Source: Isurus oxyrinchus
Taxonomy: Eukaryota
NCBI GenBank assembly: GCA_026770705.1
Contig: JANJGN010000021.1
Location: 90,272,001-90,336,000 of the forward strand
DNA: 64,000 nucleotides
Direction: 5' to 3'
How positions within the stretch are numbered: the first letter of the stretch is position 1; each line of letters starts with the position of its first letter. Positions 23,561-37,480 of this stretch are shown in pieces. Both the position numbers and the translations under genes were made by a program. The notes beneath the pieces were generated by a model. That model was not told the DNA's origin. It ran no database searches and saw only the letters and a list, made by a program, of their open reading frames with translations.

Positions 23561-26500
23561 ATGATGTTAAGTAAAGGAGAAGTTTGATAACACCACATTT
23601 CAGCTACTGAAGTATTTTCCGCCCCACCAACCAAAATCCACTCTCCCTCCATCACCTCATCGAGCACGGAGGATGTACATATTTAGAAAATGAAGTCCTA
23701 AGCTCGCCATTTTCCTTCATAGCACCCCTTCCAATTCTGCCTCCACTACCAACCAGAAGGAGAACGACATGGACGAATCTCCACTGCTAAGACTCCCTGC
23801 AATGTACAGTCGGCGAGCATATGTATCAAGTTAGGAACCTGGTACTCAAAGAATACTTTCACGCATGGACTGCATAGTTCAAGAAGCTCAGAAGTAAATT
23901 CACCAGCGGAATTAGGGCGAAAGGCTATGCATTTGGGCCTTGCCAGCGACATTCACAGCCTGAGAGATAAATGCCTAGGTTGGGCACTGCTGCTACGCGG
24001 CTGTCATGATATAAATTGTAATAAAATTAGCAGTGTACGCATGCAGCTGCAATGGAACTCGATTCCTGAGAGGAAAATGTAGTTTTTCATATACATTGTC
24101 AGGACCAAAGACAACAAGATGGAAAGGAAACAGGCTCGATAAATGAGTATCAAATGTTGGGAGCTAATTCATAAAACGGGATCTCAAAGTCGGTAACTTA
24201 AGCATTGTTAACTAGTCTGCGAACTAATTACAATAAGGACAAATACACGACAAAAGGACATCAGCTGCCTAATAGAGCATGGTGATAACACTTGCATGGT
24301 TTCATGGTTCATTGAAACTGGAACCAGAATAGAGTATCGCTCTGATGGTCAGGCAGGCCGTACTTTAACATAATAGTGGTAAAGCTCCTGGAGAAAAGAC
24401 AAATAGTCTGTTGGAAGGATTGAAACGAGCAAATGTGGTTAGTTTTCAGCCAAAAACAATAACAATAACGTGATGAGGGGAGAGGCCAAGACGGAAATAG
24501 TGATATCGATAACATAGATAAAGGAAATGCTCAAATAAAAAATGATAGTCAGAGCAGATGTATCAATAACTGTTAATTAAATTGTGTGTCATGGTAACGA
24601 CAGGGGGAAGGAGAGACTAGAGTTGCAAGCTCAAATAAATGCCTATTTTAGAGTCACACACAAAACACGAGTACAGTTAATTTGAGGTACAACGGCAGAT
24701 TATTAAACAAAGAATTTTGTCTTTATACCACGCGTTTAAAAACTAAATATCTCGATTGCCGTCACAGGAGCATTCTGAAGCAAAAATTATTGTTTAGCTA
24801 AATAAAGGGTACGAAGGGCAGATGACGAAAAATTGAGCAGAGAGTCAGGCTTTAATGCCCATTTCAGAAATGATTGACCAATGAGCATTGGTATGCCTGC
24901 TATAACTTTCTTCATAAGTGAAACTGCTAATACCAGAAATTATTCCAGTACACAGATAACACTTTGCATCAACTCGAAACGTTAACTCTGTATCTCTCTC
25001 CAAAGATGTGGTCAGGCCTGCTGAGTTTGTCCAGCATTTTTTCTTTTCGTTTCAGATTTCCAGGATCCGCAGTATTTTGCCTTTGTCATTCCAGTACACC
25101 TTCCTTGCAGGGATTCAAAAACAACAATTACAACTGCAACATAGTGGTGCTGTCCAATTGCGAACCTATTTATATTAATGAGAATATTTTGTTGGGTCAT
25201 GGTTGCTTGGTTCGAACAACTGGGGGCACTGTTTTGTTACACTTAACTTCATGGAGTGTGAAGCATGGAGTGACTATCAAGAGTGTATCGCAGTAGGCTT
25301 AACTGTTGCAACAAATATCACTTGAGGCATGGTTAGATTTGGGTAGTTTTATGGAAGTGAAAATAACAATTTTATTGATGGCATTGACATGAAGTCGGGA
25401 GATTAGCAAGGCTATTAAGAGTGGCGTGGAAATGATCAATTTGGACATTTCAGTTGCTTTCAGCAAAATCAAAAACAACCCTAATGTGCATACTTCAATG
25501 TCATCGTTGTTGGGAAGTGCAGAGTAGTTCAGAACATAAACGTACTAGCCGAGGTTTATTTAAATAGGCGCAATTTGACTGATAACTGAATGTTGTAATT
25601 ATAAAGTTTTTCAAAATGATAAGAAAATTGACGGAGTGGGAAGATTGCATATTGATCATGATAGTATTAGACTAGTGCTCATAGAGGGCACATCAATGAT
25701 TCAAAAATCAATTGAGACCTTTTGTCAGAAAAGTGAAATACCAATGGAACTAAACTATATTCTGAGGTGACAGCATGCCAATGGCTGTTTGCAATGGAAT
25801 GCAATAATTGCATTATTCAGACATTAAACAGGTTTGCAGCTAGAATATTGCTCTCTCAGCCGGAAATCTCTTATCCAATTAAGCTTGAAAGGAAAGGTGT
25901 AAAAATATTTTAAAGCAGTGTTTTTGTTTGATTATCCAATATATTTCCTGGTTAAAGCAATAGCTAAGACTATTATGAAATTATTCATGTGACATTTAAT
26001 TGTGAAAAACATCGAGATGTACAGCACGAAATGAGACTATTTGGCGTGCGTGATTCTTGAAAGAACTGTCCAATTTAATCCCACAAAACGTCTTGCACAG
26101 AATTATTCAAAACTCTTTTACGGAAGAGCAGAACAATAATTATAAGGCATTCCATTACTTATTACATTCAATTCCCATGTTTACCGAGTAAGAATGCAAT
26201 GGTCTATCTTTGCCTCGTTCATTGCCTGGCACCTGCAAAGTCATTATACAGCCCCCTATCCGTATATATGTGCATGCCCTTAACATAGCATCAATTAATG
26301 AACCCAGCTTCTAATGTTGTTTGAATTCTCATGGATTACTACACACTTAACAGCATTAAATGCAATTGGAAAAGTGTCAACAGGCTGCTCATGACTTCCT
26401 GAATTTCGCAACTATACTGATTATTATGTAGTATGGTGCCATTTCTTTCCTCACCCAAAAGCTTCGATATTGTACTCCGATGTCAAAATCCGATCATTAT

Positions 26501-28630
26501 TGGGGAACAGGAAAAAAGCTACCACATTGGCAGGCCACAACACTGTACACTTCTCTCCACGTAGAAAATAAATAACAAAAACAAAATCTTCCACACTTCC
26601 AATTCCTGAACAAATAAATTTCCAAGAGTTTACAATGTTTTTTTTTTCTGCTCTAAATAAATATGATAAGTAGCAGAAGACCAATGATATCTGAAAGTCA
26701 ACATTCACACAACATATATGGCAGAACACTTTCTATTATTTAATCAAAAATGTCAGTCATGTTAGACAGATATAACTTACTGGTAACAAATCGACATCCT
26801 ATTCAATTATGTCTTGTTCGCTATCATCACATGATCTATAATTTAATTTTCTGCACTGATAATGCTTCCTATTAGTTTTTCAGGAACTGACAATAGAATA
26901 AGTGACCCGTAGTTCGAAGTTTGTTTCCTCACTTAATTTTTGAACAGGGTGTAATATGTGAAGTCATACAATGCACCAATGTCCAGTAATGTTGGTCAAG
27001 ACTTCTGTTGTCTCCCTTCATGCCTGCCTTAGCAACCAAGGGCTCATTGCATAACGATGGTGCCATTTGTCAAAGTCCTGCAATTCCAAATTGTTTTGCA
27101 CCGCTTTTCTGTTTGTTCTGATACATATACATATTCCAAGTCCTTTACATGGACGTTAAACTCACCTTATTCTCTGACGCAGATATAAAGATGTTTTACA
27201 AACCTTATTATGCTACTAACGTCCTCACGACGATGAGAATGTGCCCCTCACCCGACCCAACAGTAAAATAACTATTATTTCACTTTAAATAAGAAAATCG
27301 GGCTCTGGTACAGGGGAGCAGGAATAATGCAAATGCCTGTCGAAACTCGGCCGGCCTTCAATAAGACGAGACTGATTCTTGAACTCAGATCCAGCTCCTG
27401 ACCACTGCCAATATCACTTGATTCCCTGAGAGACAAAAGACCTGCCCACCTCAACCTTAATGCTTTCAATCGTAAAGCATCCTTAACTTCTTTTGTTAGA
27501 AAATTCGGGAAAAAAAACAACTCGTTGTGTGAAGACATTTCACCTCATCTCAGTCTGCAACTATCATTGCCTTATTTCTGGGAGTGCGCCCGCGTGGTCT
27601 AGCTTCTCTCGCCAAGGGAAACATGATCATAGCGATGAATTTTAGCACCACACCACAAACCCAATGTACCACTGCCGAATTACATGAATACTGGGAGCAC
27701 GTCAACTAAAACTTGTGGCCAGCCCTCAGGGTGAGTAAGGTCTTGCGGGGCACAGGGCAAGTACCAAACCAGCTACCCAGTTCTTTCCCAACTGCTCCCC
27801 TGGGAGGGTGAAGTCGTGGGTTGTCTGATTTTGCTCGGTCCTCCCCAGTTGAACATATTATTGCAGCTTGGCGAAAACACGACATTATGCAGCAATTCAA
27901 CAAGCCTAAGGGTGTAAGAGCTCGTCGAAGCCTCGCCCGCCCACCATTTTATGAGGGACGTCTCAGGGTGAGCGAAAAGTCAGCAGGCAAGCTGACTTTT
28001 CTTCACAAAAGCCTTGCCCCGCCGACTACAAATATGGGCAGGAGACAGTTGTTCATTCCACGTACCCAACCCCCGACCTTTATTTCAGGCATCTGGAGGT
28101 GCTTTGTGACATTGAGGCATGTTATGAAGCAGCCATGACATTGGATCAGCAACGGTAATGCTGCACGTTAGTACCTACACAAAATATTTTCTTGGGCTTG
28201 ATTTATTGATACACCGACGAATAAGTTTGGCAGAGAATTAACTTCCATCTCTAGTTATGTAATTGATTCATGCCGATAATTAACCCTATTTTTGCTTAGT
28301 AATCCCTTTAGAAATATAAGAGAAAGTTTATCCATTTGCAGTGGCAATATTTAAATTTGTAACTCTTGGCAATAGTAATATTTTTAAAAGCATGTCCGTG
28401 TGACCCTGTAGCATTCATTAATCCCCTCGTATAACGCCTTACTCATATTTAATGATAGCATCCAATATTAGACGTGACTACACCCAGACAATAAAATCAT
28501 CATAGCAAACAAATTTATGTACAAGTTTTGCAGATCAGGCTAGCGCAAGTTTAGGATCATGTTGAGCTATGAAGATATCTTCAATTGACACAACAACAGG
28601 AATTCTCGGATCACGATTGACCTCTTCTAG

Positions 28631-28666
28631 AAATGTTAAAAACGACAGATATAAAAGAAAAAGTTG
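28631..28666 (+). CDS. Unit exon A, 36 nt, phase 1-1, (E)MLKTTDIKEKV
   Basis: gacctcttctAG|...GTTG|GTatac; paralogs at 42975-43008 (34 nt), 52294-52329 and 61792-61827. Confidence 0.5.
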
Positions 28667-29143
28667 GTATACCTCAAAAATTTGTTTTTTCTACAGCTTT
28701 TCCTTTTGTTTTCTTTTAACCCTTTTTTCCTCTCTGTCTCCCACTGGGTAGGATTTAGAGTTTCCTGGCATATCAAAGAGAGGGTTTTAAAAATATTGTT
28801 GAGAAATAATAATAACCCCAATAGCAACTTTTCATTCATTCATCGGTAAGAGTGTCAACAAGAAGCAGGTCATTTGTTTCCCATGCCTAATTCCACAAAA
28901 GTTGCCTTTTTGAACCGCCGCTTTCCATGCGAAGTAGATGCCTACTCACTGCTACCAGTAGGTGCACCACAGGAAGAACGACAAGATGTACCTAACCTAG
29001 AATTTTACTTATGTGACATACTTAATGCGGTAAACTTTCTCACATTCAATTTGAAGGTGAGGAAAGCAAAGTTAGGCACTGAGCCACTTTATGATATATT
29101 ACGGTAAATGGCAGAAAACTTGGTCAGTATGTTTATATTTTAA

Positions 29144-29385
29144 AACAAAAGCAGAATTAACTAGAAAAACTCAGCAGGTCTGGCAGCATCGGCGGAGAAG
29201 AAAAGAGTTGACGTTTCGAGTCCTCATGACCCTTTGACAGAACTGTTCTGTCGAAGGGTCATGAGGACTCAAAACGTCAACTCTTTTCTTCTCCGCCGAT
29301 GCTGCCAGACCTGCTGAGTTTTTCCAGGTAATTCTGTTTTTGTTTTGGATTTCCAGCATCTGCAGTTTTTTTGTTTTTATCTCTG
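29144..29385. mobile_element. 242-bp palindromic non-autonomous derivative of the Penelope-like terminus, present only in unit 1
   Basis: Target-site duplication TGTTTATATTTTAA (29130-29143 and 29386-29399); empty site in units 2-4; sequence matches the 11515-12903 termini. Confidence 0.9.
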
Positions 29386-29761
29386 TGTTTATATTTTAAG
29401 GTTGTTTTAAGAGGGCGTCCATCTTTCCTCAAGTTATATCTAATTATGTTTTGTGTAGGAAAAAACATACTTCTGATAGAGTTTCAGCTGCAAATGACTG
29501 CCCAGCCATTTCCAACGAGTATGATTAAAATCAATGGACGATATACTGTAAATTTCCTACTCTTCACAGCCAAATTCACCAATCGTAGTTTCAGTGTCGC
29601 CGGAATTCACAGAGGGGTCCAGGCAGCGTATATCTTCCCATCGAAAATCTGAATTTCAAACACATTACGGCACAGGTGCGCACGTGGGGTAATTCTCTGG
29701 TTGTCAACGTGCAAAAGTGATCAACATCTGAAAGTTCAAAGTTGAACATGTTCCCTTACAG

Positions 29762-29788
29762 AAACGGACCTGCATATGAAAGATACGC
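29762..29788 (+). pseudogene. Unit 1 exon B, 27 nt, (E)TDLHMKDT, donor mutated GT to AT
   Basis: ttcccttacAG|...ACGC|ATaaga, versus GTaaga in units 2-4. Confidence 0.6.
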
Positions 29789-30812
29789 ATAAGACATTTT
29801 CCATTGGGTTAAGCTCATGCATGTTGTTTTTTTGCCCAAAATATATCGTCCACACTAACAATATACCATGCCACAAAAGCAATTAATGGTTTTAGGAATG
29901 GCAGATTATCGATGCAGTCATAATAAATAACTAAACATGTCCAAGAAATGCTAAGTATTATTTTTCACTTAGATACCACTTCAGTGTTGACGTGGATGAA
30001 ATACCTAGCAAAGTAAACCTAATGGAGAAAACTGCATTTAGCACATTGAACTTTAGTCGTATGAGCACGTGACATGATTTCTGGCGAACCTTTGTGTCAA
30101 ACTGTCCACACTTTGTGTTGCAACTTCATTACTTGCACGGCTCGTTTCGCATTCCTGTCCTAACATAGCTCCCCTCACCCCACCCCAACCACCTCCCTCG
30201 CCTCCACATAGAGATTCATGCGCATACACATATGTACCTTCCCATTTTTTCCTTTCTTCCTACAAATTCTGATTCAAAAACAGGCAAAAAACTGATACTT
30301 ACCTTGCTTTGCAGCACAAAATGGCGAAAGAAAATCGCCAAACCATCCCTCACGCCATCATGGTTGCGCCCATTGAAGTCAAAAGATGAACATAATCGTG
30401 AAACATAGCATTCGGGAGTACTGTTAAAGAATTCTGTAATCCTTGGATTCATCTGCCAGGAAAATATTAGTGCCAACCAATACCTAAATCGCAGATCGTC
30501 ACTCCATTCCTTCACCAATCCGATGATCATATTAACAGCACTATCTGCAGCAAATTGTTTAAATATCTGTAACTCAAGGAAGCACATCCCCAAAGATGAT
30601 TTTTTGTGAAGGTTTCCTTTGTTTTACATATGCAAAAGTAGCACTTCATATCAATTGTAATATGTTATGCTGTTGCAAATGAGAGCCGTTAACCTGCCAG
30701 TCTCTACTGCGGTGGAGTGGCCTCATGCATTTCTGAATCCATCTCAGGTTCCTGAGCATAGACTCCAGCAGTTAGGACACTTCTGAAAAAAAATCATTCA
30801 TTTCGATCTCAG

Positions 30813-30850
30813 TTTGTTTGGAATAATCAAAACATGCACTTAGATGACAG
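30813..30850 (+). CDS. Unit exon C candidate, 38 nt, phase 0-2, FVWNNQNMHLDD
   Basis: tttcgatctcAG|...ACAG|GTaggc; same length and open frame at 44935-44972 (donor lost), 54235-54272 and 63665-63702. Confidence 0.4.
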
Positions 30851-31206
30851 GTAGGCAGCTTTTAAATGCAGGAACAGTCTTTGAATATATTCGAATCACA
30901 TTGTTTCACCTACTTTTAATTTCCTTATTTGATCAGTGTTTTTAATTTCTCAAATTTCATTAATGTTAAACATCTTACTAACATTTTGCGGTGGCGCCTT
31001 CATCTATACATCATTGTTTTTCTTTCTGAATGTTCATCACTGCCTGGTTCATAAGTAACTGCCAGGTAAATACAAAGCAACTCATATTCATGTCCACAAG
31101 CAAAAATGTAAAAAAGCTCCAATAAAAAAAATCTAAATATATCTAAACTGGGAACATCAGATTGAAGTTCAGCCTTTGTTACTAAAAAGAATGGCTACAT
31201 TTTCAG

Positions 31207-31242
31207 AAATGGAAACACTGAAGAAACGCCTTGATGAAAATG
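31207..31242 (+). CDS. Unit 1 exon D, 36 nt, phase 1-1, (E)METLKKRLDEN
   Basis: ctacattttcAG|...AATG|GTtagc; synonymous differences versus units 2 and 3. Confidence 0.75.
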
Positions 31243-32278
31243 GTTAGCGAAATATTAAATTATCTACTGTTGTCTGCGATTCACATGCAGTAAAATTGTT
31301 GTTCATGCAAATCAATTTCATGGTTTCTGGAAACGGTGAGCATGGGGGATAAGTGGGGGCTGCGGGGGAGTGAGGTGGCCTAATTGTCACATATTTCAGG
31401 GCTGGTGGAGGGCGTGGGGGAAGAGTTGGAGCATGACACCCCGCCCCAATCAACGCTTGCTTGCTGCTTGTGCTTCCTCCCTAGCCCTCACCGTTAGGAC
31501 TCCCAACCTATTTTCCCCAAAATCCTCTGGCCTCACCTCCACTCCCCTTTGTGAGACTATGCACAATTAGATGCTTAAGCTCCTGGCTGTGAAGCTGTTT
31601 GGCTCACACAACCACGGGTCGGGAATTCCATCCCTCTATCCCCCACAACACGCACAACCCCAGCCCTCCGTGCGTTGGATGTAAGTTCCTTCTCCTGGGA
31701 ATTAACTCTCTTTGGACAGTTGATTGTCTGTCGAGGAGCCAATATTGGATGATTTGCGTTCCTCAATGAATCATCCATGAAGCTTCTGCGGCCAGAATGC
31801 TGCCAGCCTTTTAATTGTCATGTAGCCATCGAAGGGTGGCCTGCCCACCAGAATAGGGAGGAATGTCCACCTCAAGTCAATTAGCTTCCACCCGCCTTTA
31901 AATGATTGCATAGCAATTACAAACGCATATGTGGTGTGAACACATCCCATACATTTTCGTGAAGGAATGGTTTGTGGTAATCCACCACAAAGGTAAAATT
32001 CTTGCCCTTTTTTAGCCAACTCCTTGAGGCTCACTCTCATTCCCCTTGATTGCTGTATTTCTGATGTAATTGAACTATTCTCTCTCGCTGCCAAGCTCTT
32101 CAGCAAGCACTGAACAACTTCCTGCTCTATTACATCGTAGGTTGAATTGTTGTTGTTCTTTTTCCAGACAATTATTTTCTCTAAACTTGGCCTTTCTGAA
32201 TAGCACTGCCTCCATGACGTCACTTTGAATCCCACTGTCGCTCATAGGCTCTCTCCCCGACTCTACTATTTGGTGTAG

Positions 32279-32314
32279 AAATAGAAAAGCTAACGAAGCG
32301 AGTAAAAGATACAG
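32279..32314 (+). CDS. Unit 1 exon E, 36 nt, phase 1-1, (E)IEKLTKRVKDT
   Basis: ctatttggtgtAG|...ACAG|GTaaga. Confidence 0.75.
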
Positions 32315-32789
32315 GTAAGACACTTAACACATTGTGCATTCAAACATGAAATCTATATATTTATTATTCATTAGCAAAATGTTGCTTTGTGTTTCAGTCA
32401 ACATAATAAGTGTCATCTAGAGCAATGTGAAATATTTCCCTACCTAGGTTTATCAGCCTTAATGATATGTTCCCACTCTCTGTGAAAAATGAGAGTGCTG
32501 AGTACTTCCAAAGAATGTAGGCGACTGATAATAGAACAATTGACGACTATCAGGCCCATCGTGTCCATGCCTGTTATTGATGGAGTAATTCAACCAATCT
32601 ATCTTTTCTACTCAGCTGATTCGGCATAGCCCTGCAGCTTTATGACGCTCAGCTGCCCCTCTATATTTTTTCCTCTCAAACCATTGACTCTTTCCATTTT
32701 GCCACCATGTTTAGCCGTTAATTCCCGTCCATAAACACTCGCTGTGTAAAATATAAAAACAGTCATTCCTCACAAAAAGTGCTGTGAAC

Positions 32790-33600
32790 ATACAAAAGCT
32801 TGGGAGAATTTTGCACAGTGAGGGGGATAGAACTTCAAAATTACATTGACAAGTTGGTGATATGAGTAGTAGACAGGTGGCAGATGGACTTCAATGCAGG
32901 AACGTTTAAAGTGATTTATTTTGTTAGGAGAAACATGGAAAGACAACATAAAAAGAAGTGTTCAAATCTAGAGGGGGTGGGGGAGCAAAGGGTTCTGTGT
33001 GTAAATTTATATACGTTATTAAAGGAGGCAGGACAGTTTGGGAATGTTATTAGTAAAGCATACAGCATACGTGGCCGTCATTACTTAGGTCATAGAGTAC
33101 AAGAGCAAGTGCTTAAAGTTGATTTTTTGAGACAATATTTTAGCATCAGCTACAGTATATCCCCGAAGCTATTGGCGCTAAGCTTTCGGGATGATGTGAA
33201 GGCATTGGAGAGGGTGCAGAAAAAGACTTATGAATATAGTCCCAGGGATAAGGAACTTAAGTAATGAAAATAGACTGGAGAGTTTAAGTGTAGTCTCCTT
33301 AGATAAAACAAAGGTTGAGAGGAGATGTGATAGATTTATTCACAATTATGACGGGTCTGAACAGAGCAATTAGCCAGAGGTATTCTCACTCATAAAAGGA
33401 TGGATAACACGAGGACATTGATTTAAGAGTATACAAATCTTTATCTTCATTCTCACCTGCCATTTGCCTGCTCGTTCTGTTTGTCAATGCATGTTTCAGG
33501 CGATTCGTATCAAAATTATTGTTTGCCACACCTCCACGTTTCGTATTATATGCAAATATAAAAATTGCACATTGCGTTCCAAGGCTCAAGTGGTTTACAT
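32790..33600. mobile_element. Old CR1 fragments (plus about 32790-33370, then minus about 33385-33600), duplicated with each unit
   Basis: Peptides WQMDFNAGTFKVIYF and DVKALERVQK (plus), FAYNTKRGGVAN (minus); paralogs at about 46930-47740 and 56230-57040. Confidence 0.75.
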
Positions 33601-36409
33601 ATAGTAAGTATAAACACAAATAAATAAGTAAACAAAAAAGCAAGCAACCAAAAGAATGAATGAACCAATCAAAGCATATTTAAGAAATGCATCATTAAAT
33701 TCTTAAATACCAAAAAAAATTAACAAGCAATAATTAAATACCATTTAGCATGCCTCGCTCTTTATGGTCCTTAAAGTCATTTTGTTTTTTTAATATCCGA
33801 TTTGTCTCCTGCCATCCTCAACTATGAGACTCAGTTTTGCTCTCTAACCTGTTCTGTACCTCTTTGCCGAAACCATGGCTTAAATCCATATATATATAGC
33901 TCCAGGGCATTCCCTTTAGCATATTTCCCTGTTAATACAAAAAAATTGAATTAAGTGCTTCCAAAGAGTCAAACATATTGTGCCTTTTACAAGACTTTAC
34001 TGGATATGCTAAATTAAATTGCACATATCGAAGAACCTATTGATGTTTCACTGATCATTGTTAATAATCCCTTCCGCAACAATGATGTTAAACTAACTAG
34101 TCGAACTTCTTTTCTAACGAAGTGGGACACATTTGCCACTGTTATATTCACATGCACCTTCCCCTTATCTAGGGGAGGCTGCAGAAATTATGGCAGGCCC
34201 CTCCACGATCTCGATCCATGCTTCCTTCAGCAAACTGCCACGCGAGACATCCGGATGAGGTGACGTATCTAGCTTAAGTATGGCAGCCTTTTCCACTACC
34301 TCCACCCTCAATTTTCACTTTATCCATTGCTTCCACTGTTTCGGTTCCTATAGGCAACTTTTTTGACAGATTTGTGTTTATTAGTAAACACCAATACAAG
34401 TTAGTTTTGAAGAACGTCGTTCTATTCAACAGACCGAACATTACCTTCATTGTAGCTAAAAGGGGTATCACCGCCCAATACTTTTGGCTGACTATTTACA
34501 TGTGGGGGGAACAAATCGCGATCGCATATAGGTTGAATGCAATTCCATCCTCTGGTTCTCTCCCAGTTGCTCATAATCATTACGGTGAACTAAAAGATTC
34601 AACACTGAAATCAAAATGAATGCTTGCACAGGCACAGAGATTAGAAGTAAAAATAAGAATAAAAACAGCAATAAAAATCATTATGAATAATATGTATAAT
34701 AATAGGAATATGCTAGCCACCTGCTGGCCTTTGTCTATTTGCATATCGCACAAAGAAAAGGGCCAGAATATTTAAGTGGTTTTGGGGAGGGTGAGAGTGC
34801 ATGAAGAAGCCGGCCAAAGAACTAACCAGGAGAAAGGTTTGTCTGCAATCAGTGAGAGATTGACAAACTCTTTTTCTCGTCAAAGAAATATAATATAGTT
34901 TGGGAGGACGGAGATCATCAATTGAGGATAGAGGGGTTTCGATTACTTAGATAAGGGGACTGAAGAGCGAAATACTCCTCCAGTCACAGAAACAGTGTTG
35001 CAAGGCACAGCTACGTTGAAGCCACCCCTTCATATCATTGTCAACTTTGTCGAGCCGTGTGAAATATCTGCAACCGCACTCATTTCCAAACCGGCAACAC
35101 TGATGAAAGGGGTAATCTTACAATGCGGAACCTGTGCATCTTTGCCTCAGTGGAAATTCTCTGCAACAGTGCTATCAGTTGACACTTCTCGCCAACATAC
35201 TTGACATCGATGTCCAGGGCGGAATTTTATCCTCCATGATCCGAAGCATATTATGTAGCTTGAAGGCGTCGGGCATGGTTAACTGCATTATCACGCCTGT
35301 TTTCCATACAAAAAACATCAGAAAGGCGGGTCAAAAAGTCGGGAACCATCCTGCGTAATCTAAGTATTAACTGCAAAGGCAATTCGATTATATAGCACCC
35401 ATTCACTGCAATAATACACTGAGATTGCAATAATGCGAATTCAAGACAAGACCTATGCTAGATTAAGAATCTCTTTTTTAAAGGTATGCTTGCTTGGTAG
35501 GGCTTTAAAACTCTAGCTGAGAGCGGAGTCTCTGTTTTGCAGTTAAAATTCTATTGACAGCCTGGGCGGCTCATTTGAGTGCACAGGGGAGCCATTTGGG
35601 TATTTCTCATGAATAGTGCGCACCTTTAATTAAGAGGGATAGTTTGTTGGAATTTTGTCCAGTCCATTACCCAGGGTTGACGGGTGAAATAGTGTCTTAA
35701 GCAGATGGGCATTGTTGTCTCATTTGGAGGCACAGACTCCAATGAGAATTCAAGATGGATTAGAAGGAGGAGGAGTGGAAGAGGGCAAAACAGGGATGCT
35801 CAGTTTGCTGTGGTTTCTCAGAAAGGGGGGCGGATCCATTCCCAGAGTGTAAGGATGAACCCAGAAACCCTTAGCAGTGGTGCTGACGAACTTATGCCAC
35901 CCAAAGAACACACACTCACGGGTCTAGGTACCTGCAACTGACATCATGAGGCCTTTGAGCCTTTTGTCGCATTGGAACCAAGTTCTCCTCATGACACCAA
36001 CACATCGTTGGACACCTCCTGCCACGTAGCATGAGTCTGTTAGGCTTCCACTTCCTCTTTCTTTTCCTCTTTCTCCCACTGTTCTGCATGAACAACAAGT
36101 AATGCCTGTCGTGTACTGCAACAACCGGGCACCAAGGGAGACCTCACTGCATCTGGAGGCAGATTCACTCATTCTTGAATGCTTCTTCCTTCGCTCTGAT
36201 GACGCAGATATCTATGCTTGCCAATAGTAATAAGTGCACAGTTCCTCAGTACCAAAAGGAAGGAGATTTGCAGAAATTAAAATTATTGCACATTTGATGT
36301 TTGAAATTGTTATTAGGGACTATTGAAGTCAGGTATTTATTGACCGCCTCAGACACAATGAGCCGAATGGCTTTGTTCTGTGATGTAAGAGTCTATGATT
36401 TTATTTGCT

Positions 36410-37480
36410 AAAATATAAAATAAAATCAGAAAATATTGGAAATGACTTAACTAGCCTGGTAGCGTCTGTGGAAGGAGAAACAGAGTTAACATTTCAAGTG
36501 CACATGACCTCTTCATAGCTGAAGGGAGGTAGAAATGTAATATGTTTTTTACTGTGGAAGAGACGGGATGGAGTAGGTGGAGCAACATAAAAAGCCAAAG
36601 ATAGGTGGGAGCTCAAAACGATTTGACAAAGACACCATGGTCACAAGGTAAATAGAATGGTAATCATATAGCGTTAGTGACTAAGGCACGTCCTGAAAAT
36701 TGCATGAATATCAGGTATCTGAAGGTTTTAATAGCAAAAGAGGGGTTAGTGTACTCTGAAAATAGACCATAAGAACAAATTACAGGCCGATCTTGTGGGT
36801 TGCATGTTGGGAAAAATGAACACCTAGGATAGAGTCCATGACCTGAATTTGCTGAACTCATTATTAAGTGCAGAGGCTTTAAAGTGCCGTATGAGAAGGT
36901 CAGGTGCTGTTCCCAGAATTTGTTTTGGGGTACTGGCAGAACAGTACCTCATGAGTTGCATAGATATTTTAACACCTTCTGCACTTAACAGTGAGTTCAA
37001 AGAGTTCACACCATGATCTCTGCCCTCCATTTTGATATTTGTTTTCCCAACGCCAATACCCACGAGGCCTGTCTGTAACTTGTTCTTATGTTTTGCTTTC
37101 ATGGAGCCAAGTCCCTTGTTCTGCTATTAACAAATGCTGATACGTGGCCTTCATGTCAACAAGAGCACCTTCATTCGTCATGAAAACCATCATTACCACT
37201 GCCTTTGCCTTGTGCACATGACATATTCATCAAATCACCCCTGTGCGCCCAGCTACCCCTGATATTTTTTATTGCTCCAACAACTTCCTTCCCCTTCAAG
37301 AACAAAAAAATTCATTTCACTTTCACTTCTCTTCAGTTCTGAATAAGAGTTATATGGACTCAAATCGTTAACTCTGTTTCTCTCTCCACAGATGCCACTA
37401 GTCCAACTGAGAATTTCCAGAACTTTCTGTTTTATTTTATTTCAGGTTTCCAATACCCACAGCATTTTTCTTTTATATTA
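36410..37480. mobile_element. Old Penelope-like element with inverted termini; internally deleted in units 2 and 3
   Basis: Inverted ends (agcgtctgtggaaggagaaacagagttaac and gttaactctgtttctctctccacagatg). Confidence 0.7.

Noticed and set aside
28650-28657. Conserved TATAAAAG as a TATA box
   Set aside because: It lies inside candidate exon A (GAT ATA AAA codons), and the nearest downstream ATG is in an old LINE fragment.
30693-30783. Minus-strand exon resembling a signal-peptide end (SVLTAGVYAQEPEMDSE)
   Set aside because: In-frame TAG in units 1 and 2; acceptor lost and frame shifted in units 3 and 4; no consistent upstream start exon.
32035-32265. Minus-strand exon candidate (ESGREPMSDSG...; another frame faintly trypsin-like, KIIVWKKNNNNSTYD)
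   Set aside because: Contains stops and the frame is not conserved among copies. The apparent polypyrimidine tract is simply the antisense of purine-rich exon E.
34445-34605. Minus-strand exon candidate (LLVHRNDYEQLGENQRMEL...)
   Set aside because: Different indels and stops in each unit, and the acceptor is absent in unit 3.
34737-34744. Octamer ATTTGCAT/ATGCAAAT suggesting an immunoglobulin cluster or snRNA promoter in each unit
   Set aside because: Present in units 1 and 2 but altered in unit 3. No V-segment motifs, heptamer-nonamer recombination signals or snRNA body were found nearby.
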